Positions 62,520 through 64,000 of a DNA stretch of 64,000 nucleotides are shown piece after piece. Under the pieces are notes generated by a model. The model did not search any database. It was not told the origin of the DNA and saw only the letters and a list, made by a program, of their open reading frames with translations. The position numbers and the translations under genes are program-made. Source of the stretch: Camelus dromedarius (lineage: Eukaryota); the NCBI RefSeq assembly GCF_036321535.1, contig NC_087436.1:31808001-31872000 (forward strand). Reading direction: 5' to 3'. Position 1 is the stretch's first letter, and each line of letters opens with the position of its first letter.

Positions 62520-62790
62520 ATGGAAAATCATATTTACTAAGTGCCTGTCACATGTCAGGTACTGTTAGATGCTTTGTTTTCATCAATATTACCTCTTAAT
62601 CATCAGGAAACCCTTTACATTAGATATTTCCTTCTTTCTCCGAATAGATAAAGAATCTCAGGCTATAAGAAGGTATGCCAATTGCTCAAGGGCCAATGGC
62701 TAGTAAGTGGTAGACTCAGTTCCCCAATATTAAAACTCTTAATGACCAGGTCTTTCAGTTCTCACACACTGACGCTGCCTATCACCAAAT
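62520..62790 (-). mobile_element. MIR SINE
   Basis: catatttactaagtgcc...tgtcaggtactgtt...ttgctcaagggccaatggctagtaagtggtaga. Confidence 0.7.
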
Positions 62791-62814
62791 CTGATACAGG
62801 AGATCTGGGTCTGG

Positions 62815-63590
62815 ATGTTGTGGCAGAGTCTAATGGCTGCCTTCCAATTTTATAGATTCTCCGCTTTTTTTTTTTTTAGAAGCAGGACTGGGTTTAGGTG
62901 AGCACATGGCCAACCAGCTAACAGACTACATTTCCCAGCTTCCCTTGCACATAGACCTACATGACTGCATTCTAGCCAGTTAGATGGAAGTAGTCGTGCC
63001 AAGTGGAACTCTGGAGGCCACACAACTTCTTTGTCCCTTTTCCTTCTTAGTGTTACCTAGAATGCGGATATCATCTTGAGCCATGATGTTACTTTGGGAA
63101 TAAAATTTAAATATGGCAGAACAAAAAGATAGAAGCAGCTTGGGTCCCTGACATAGACTATTCAGCCTCAGACTTCCTTTTTTATGAAAGAAATAAGTTA
63201 TCTAGTTTAAAACACTGTACGCCCGCCTCGGAGATATTGCAGGTGCGGCTCCAGACCACTACCACAAAGTGAGTGCAGCAGCAGGACAAGCCACGAGAAC
63301 TTTTTGGTTTGCTAGCGCATGTAAAAGTTATGTTTACACTATGCTGTAGTCTATTAAATGTACAATGGCATTACAATGTACATACCTTAATTTACAAATA
63401 TGTTAATTGCTAAAAACTGCTAACCATCATCTCACAGGGCAGAGTTGCCACAAACCTTCAGTTTGTTTAAAAAAAAAAAAAAGACCCAATTATCTGCAAA
63501 GCACAGTAAGACAAAGCACAACAAAACGAGGTATGCCTGTACTTGAGGTCTTTCTTACTTGCACATGAACCTAATCCTGTCTGATATAAT
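62815..63590 (+). mobile_element. Old MaLR-type LTR (MLT1J-like) interrupted by the Tigger1 element
   Basis: tgtggcaga...gactacatttcccagcttcccttgca...catgactgcattctagcca...gcttgggtccctga. Subfamily uncertain. Confidence 0.55.
63220..63539 (-). mobile_element. Tigger1 internal-deletion derivative (TcMar MITE)
   Basis: Right TIR aaaacgaggtatgcctg; degraded left TIR cgcccgcctcggagatattgc; TA dinucleotides at 63218-63219 and 63540-63541. Confidence 0.88.
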
Positions 63591-64000
63591 GTAGGATCTG
63601 CCACCTATAGACCCAAATACTGACTTCTTTTCTCCCTTCTACTTCAATATTCTCTGGTTCCACCTTTTTACTCCTCAAGCCAGTGTTTTACCAGGTATAT
63701 TACTGCTTTTATCTGACACAGAGCTTTAGTTAGGACACTCTGGTCCATACTAATAGGTTTCCCTGATTTTAAATTTTAGTTAAGAGAGCTCAGTTACCTC
63801 CCTAGGAAAATTCTCTAAGGATTATTTCCTTATCTCTTTCAGCAAAATTCTCTGCTTATCAAGGGTTAAGACCTACCTGCCTTTGACAGGTCCTCCAAAT
63901 TTTCACCACATCCTTCCCCCAGAAAATGTTATTCATCCTAACTTGCAGAACTAAGGGACATCAGTCACCTGCATGCTCCCTAAGGAAAGCCTGTCTGTTC

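Noticed and set aside
1..64000. CRISPR arrays, rRNA or prokaryotic-type systems
   Set aside because: No regularly spaced direct repeats or operon-like ORFs; the sequence is mammalian.

Overview
Mammalian genomic DNA, most likely camelid (inferred from three Vic-1-like tRNA-derived SINEs and camelid/artiodactyl-type L1 3' ends). It is repeat-rich (L1, L2, MIR, MLT1/MLT2, a MER31-like ERV1 provirus, MER5/MER45/MER58/Tigger1 DNA transposons) and I find no intact protein-coding gene. The window starts at the edge of a CpG island. A full-length ST13 (Hip) processed pseudogene with a 12-bp TSD sits inside an MLT1 LTR. The main hidden signal is a decayed multi-exon gene on the minus strand (about 61.4 kb down to 26.2 kb, up to 16 candidate exons). 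Its exon phases chain together with about three 1-nt indels. Its conceptual translation shows weak but colinear similarity to the C-terminal TET/JBP-associated glycosyltransferase (TAGT) and GREB1_C region of GREB1/GREB1L, suggesting a lost third GREB1-family paralog. All family and repeat names come from my recall of consensus sequences; no search was run.
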